The notes beneath the pieces are model-generated. The model did not search any database. It saw only the letters and a list, made by a program, of their open reading frames with translations, and was not told the origin of the DNA. A DNA stretch of 32,000 nucleotides from Candidatus Saccharimonadota bacterium (GTDB taxonomy: Bacteria; Bacillota_I; Bacilli_A; Mycoplasmatales; Hepatoplasmataceae). The position numbers were made by a program, and so were the translations under genes. The stretch lies in the NCBI GenBank assembly GCA_027925325.1, contig AP027133.1:180001-212000 (forward strand), given 5' to 3'. Positions 30,726 through 32,000 of this stretch are shown piece by piece. Position 1 is the stretch's first letter. Every line of letters starts with the position of its first letter.

Positions 30726-31916
30726 ATGAATTTTAAAACAACTGAATTTGATAAATTCACAGCCGACGAGGATCGCGGTGCACGTATAAAAATCTTTGGT
30801 ATTGGAGGCGGAGGATCTAATGCTGTAAATAAAATGATTGAAGCCAAAATTACAGGACTAGATTTTTATGTTGCTAATACCGATGTACAGGCATTGAATG
30901 ATTCAAAGGTAAAATCAGAAAATAGAATCGCACTAGGAAAAAATTTAACAAAAGGACTAGGCGCAGGAGCAAATCCTGATATAGGAACAAAAGCAGCACA
31001 AGAATCAATTGAAGATATGAAAAATATCATTAAGGATACTGATCTTGTATTTATTGCCGCTGGAATGGGTGGAGGAACAGGAACCGGAGCCGCTCCTATT
31101 ATTGCAAAAGCAGCAAGAGATTTAGGATGTCTTGTTGTGGGAATTGTTACTACACCATTTGATTTTGAAGGGAAAGCAAGATCACTTAATGCTAAGATTG
31201 GTTTAAAAGCTTTAAAAGAAAATGTTGATTCTATAATTGTTGTTTCTAATAATCGTTTGTTAGCTGAACTTGGTGATTTTTCAATTACTGATGCCTTTAA
31301 ATTTTCCGATGCAACTTTAAAAAATGCTGTTCGAACAATTACAGATTTAATTAATAAGCATTCACTTATCAATTTAGATTTTGCTGATGTAAAAGCTGTT
31401 CTTGCAAATCAAGGATTATCTTTAATTGGAACAGGAAAAGCATCAGGAGAAGATGGGGCGGTAGAGGCAGCAATCAATGCTATTCAATCACCTATCTTAG
31501 AATCATCAATTGAAGGGGCTAAAAATGCAATTGTTAATGTATTGGGTTCACCAACTTCACTTACATTAAAACAAGCACAAGAAGCTGTACAGACAATTAA
31601 AGAAGCAGCAAATTCAAATGTTGATGTTATCTTTGGTGTTACGATTAACGAAGATATGGGAGAAGAAATCGTTGTATCTGTAATTGCTACAGGATTATCA
31701 CAGATCAAAGATTTTGATTTTGATAGTGTTACTATCAATCCAGCTATCCAAAAAGATAATTTTGAAGATTCCGATCTAGAGACATTTAAACAAGTAATTA
31801 CACAAGAGATGAATTTACGCGGAAAGAAAGCAAAAAACCAAAAAGAATTAGATTTACAATTAACTAAGGAGGAAACAGATATTTTCTCAGGATTATCTCT
31901 TTTAGATGATGAGTAA
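30726..31916 (+). CDS. ftsZ: cell division protein FtsZ
   Basis: Motifs GIGGGGSNAVN, the tubulin signature GMGGGTGTGAAP, and NLDFADV are present. The ORF is a single uninterrupted reading frame. Confidence 0.97.
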   Translation: MNFKTTEFDKFTADEDRGARIKIFGIGGGGSNAVNKMIEAKITGLDFYVANTDVQALNDSKVKSENRIALGKNLTKGLGAGANPDIGTKAAQESIEDMKNIIKDTDLVFIAAGMGGGTGTGAAPIIAKAARDLGCLVVGIVTTPFDFEGKARSLNAKIGLKALKENVDSIIVVSNNRLLAELGDFSITDAFKFSDATLKNAVRTITDLINKHSLINLDFADVKAVLANQGLSLIGTGKASGEDGAVEAAINAIQSPILESSIEGAKNAIVNVLGSPTSLTLKQAQEAVQTIKEAANSNVDVIFGVTINEDMGEEIVVSVIATGLSQIKDFDFDSVTINPAIQKDNFEDSDLETFKQVITQEMNLRGKKAKNQKELDLQLTKEETDIFSGLSLLDDE

Positions 31917-31928
31917 ATAGTAAGTTTT

Positions 31929-32000
31929 ATGAGTAAAAATTCTTTAAATCAACAACAAACAATTGAGTTGAATCGTTTACTTTTAATGAAAAGCAATCGA
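31929..32000 (+). CDS. hypothetical protein, 5' end only (runs off window)
   Basis: ATG at 31929 lies 12 nt after the ftsZ stop. The frame is open to the window end (MSKNSLNQQQTIELNRLLLMKSNR). This is too short to identify. Confidence 0.3.
   Translation, partial: MSKNSLNQQQTIELNRLLLMKSNR

Noticed and set aside
1-32000. Reading the many split ORFs as pseudogenes or genome decay.
   Set aside because: Every break I checked is a TGA at a position compatible with Trp, with none at TAA or TAG. Conserved motifs continue in frame across the breaks. This reflects genetic code 4, not degradation.
1-32000. A search by eye for tRNA, rRNA, transposase or integrase genes and IS-type terminal inverted repeats around the two accessory patches.
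   Set aside because: No G/C-rich structured RNA-like segments occur in the intergenic regions, and no recombinase-like ORFs occur in any frame. None are reported.

Overview
This is a very AT-rich, Mollicutes-type chromosomal segment in which UGA encodes Trp (translation table 4). The supplied ORF track stops at TGA. Most genes therefore appear as 2-4 fragments, and three genes are missing from it entirely: trxA, rsmD and a 455-aa beta-propeller gene. After re-joining fragments by hand I count about 35 CDS, all but one on the + strand. The backbone is housekeeping: acpS 3' end, plsC, deoA, scpA/scpB, rluB, a MATE transporter, a HAD phosphatase, a TrmH methyltransferase, trxA, pheS/pheT, purB/purA, nfo, a DEAD-box helicase, rsmD, coaD, gmk, prpC/prkC, rpmF, a nusB-like gene, rsmH and ftsZ. 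Two patches look accessory. (i) At 16.5-21.2 kb, a translationally coupled pair encodes a SIR2-like protein whose NAD-binding and catalytic signature residues are all substituted, plus a HerA/FtsK-like ATPase with an intact Walker A motif. A hairpin terminator follows, then a membrane-anchored 7-blade RCC1-like propeller gene. (ii) At 25.7-28.9 kb, an island sits between prkC and rpmF. It holds an orphan ORF overlapped by a second ORF that has an RNxxxH (HEPN-type) motif and no ATG start. A perfect 23-nt direct repeat pair straddles that ORF's stop codon. The island also holds the hidden secreted 7-blade propeller, in which every blade carries a DxDxDG-type loop, and a small zinc-ribbon ORF. 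I saw no rRNA, tRNA, transposase, integrase or canonical CRISPR/cas. All functional calls rest on motif recognition by eye, because no searches could be run.
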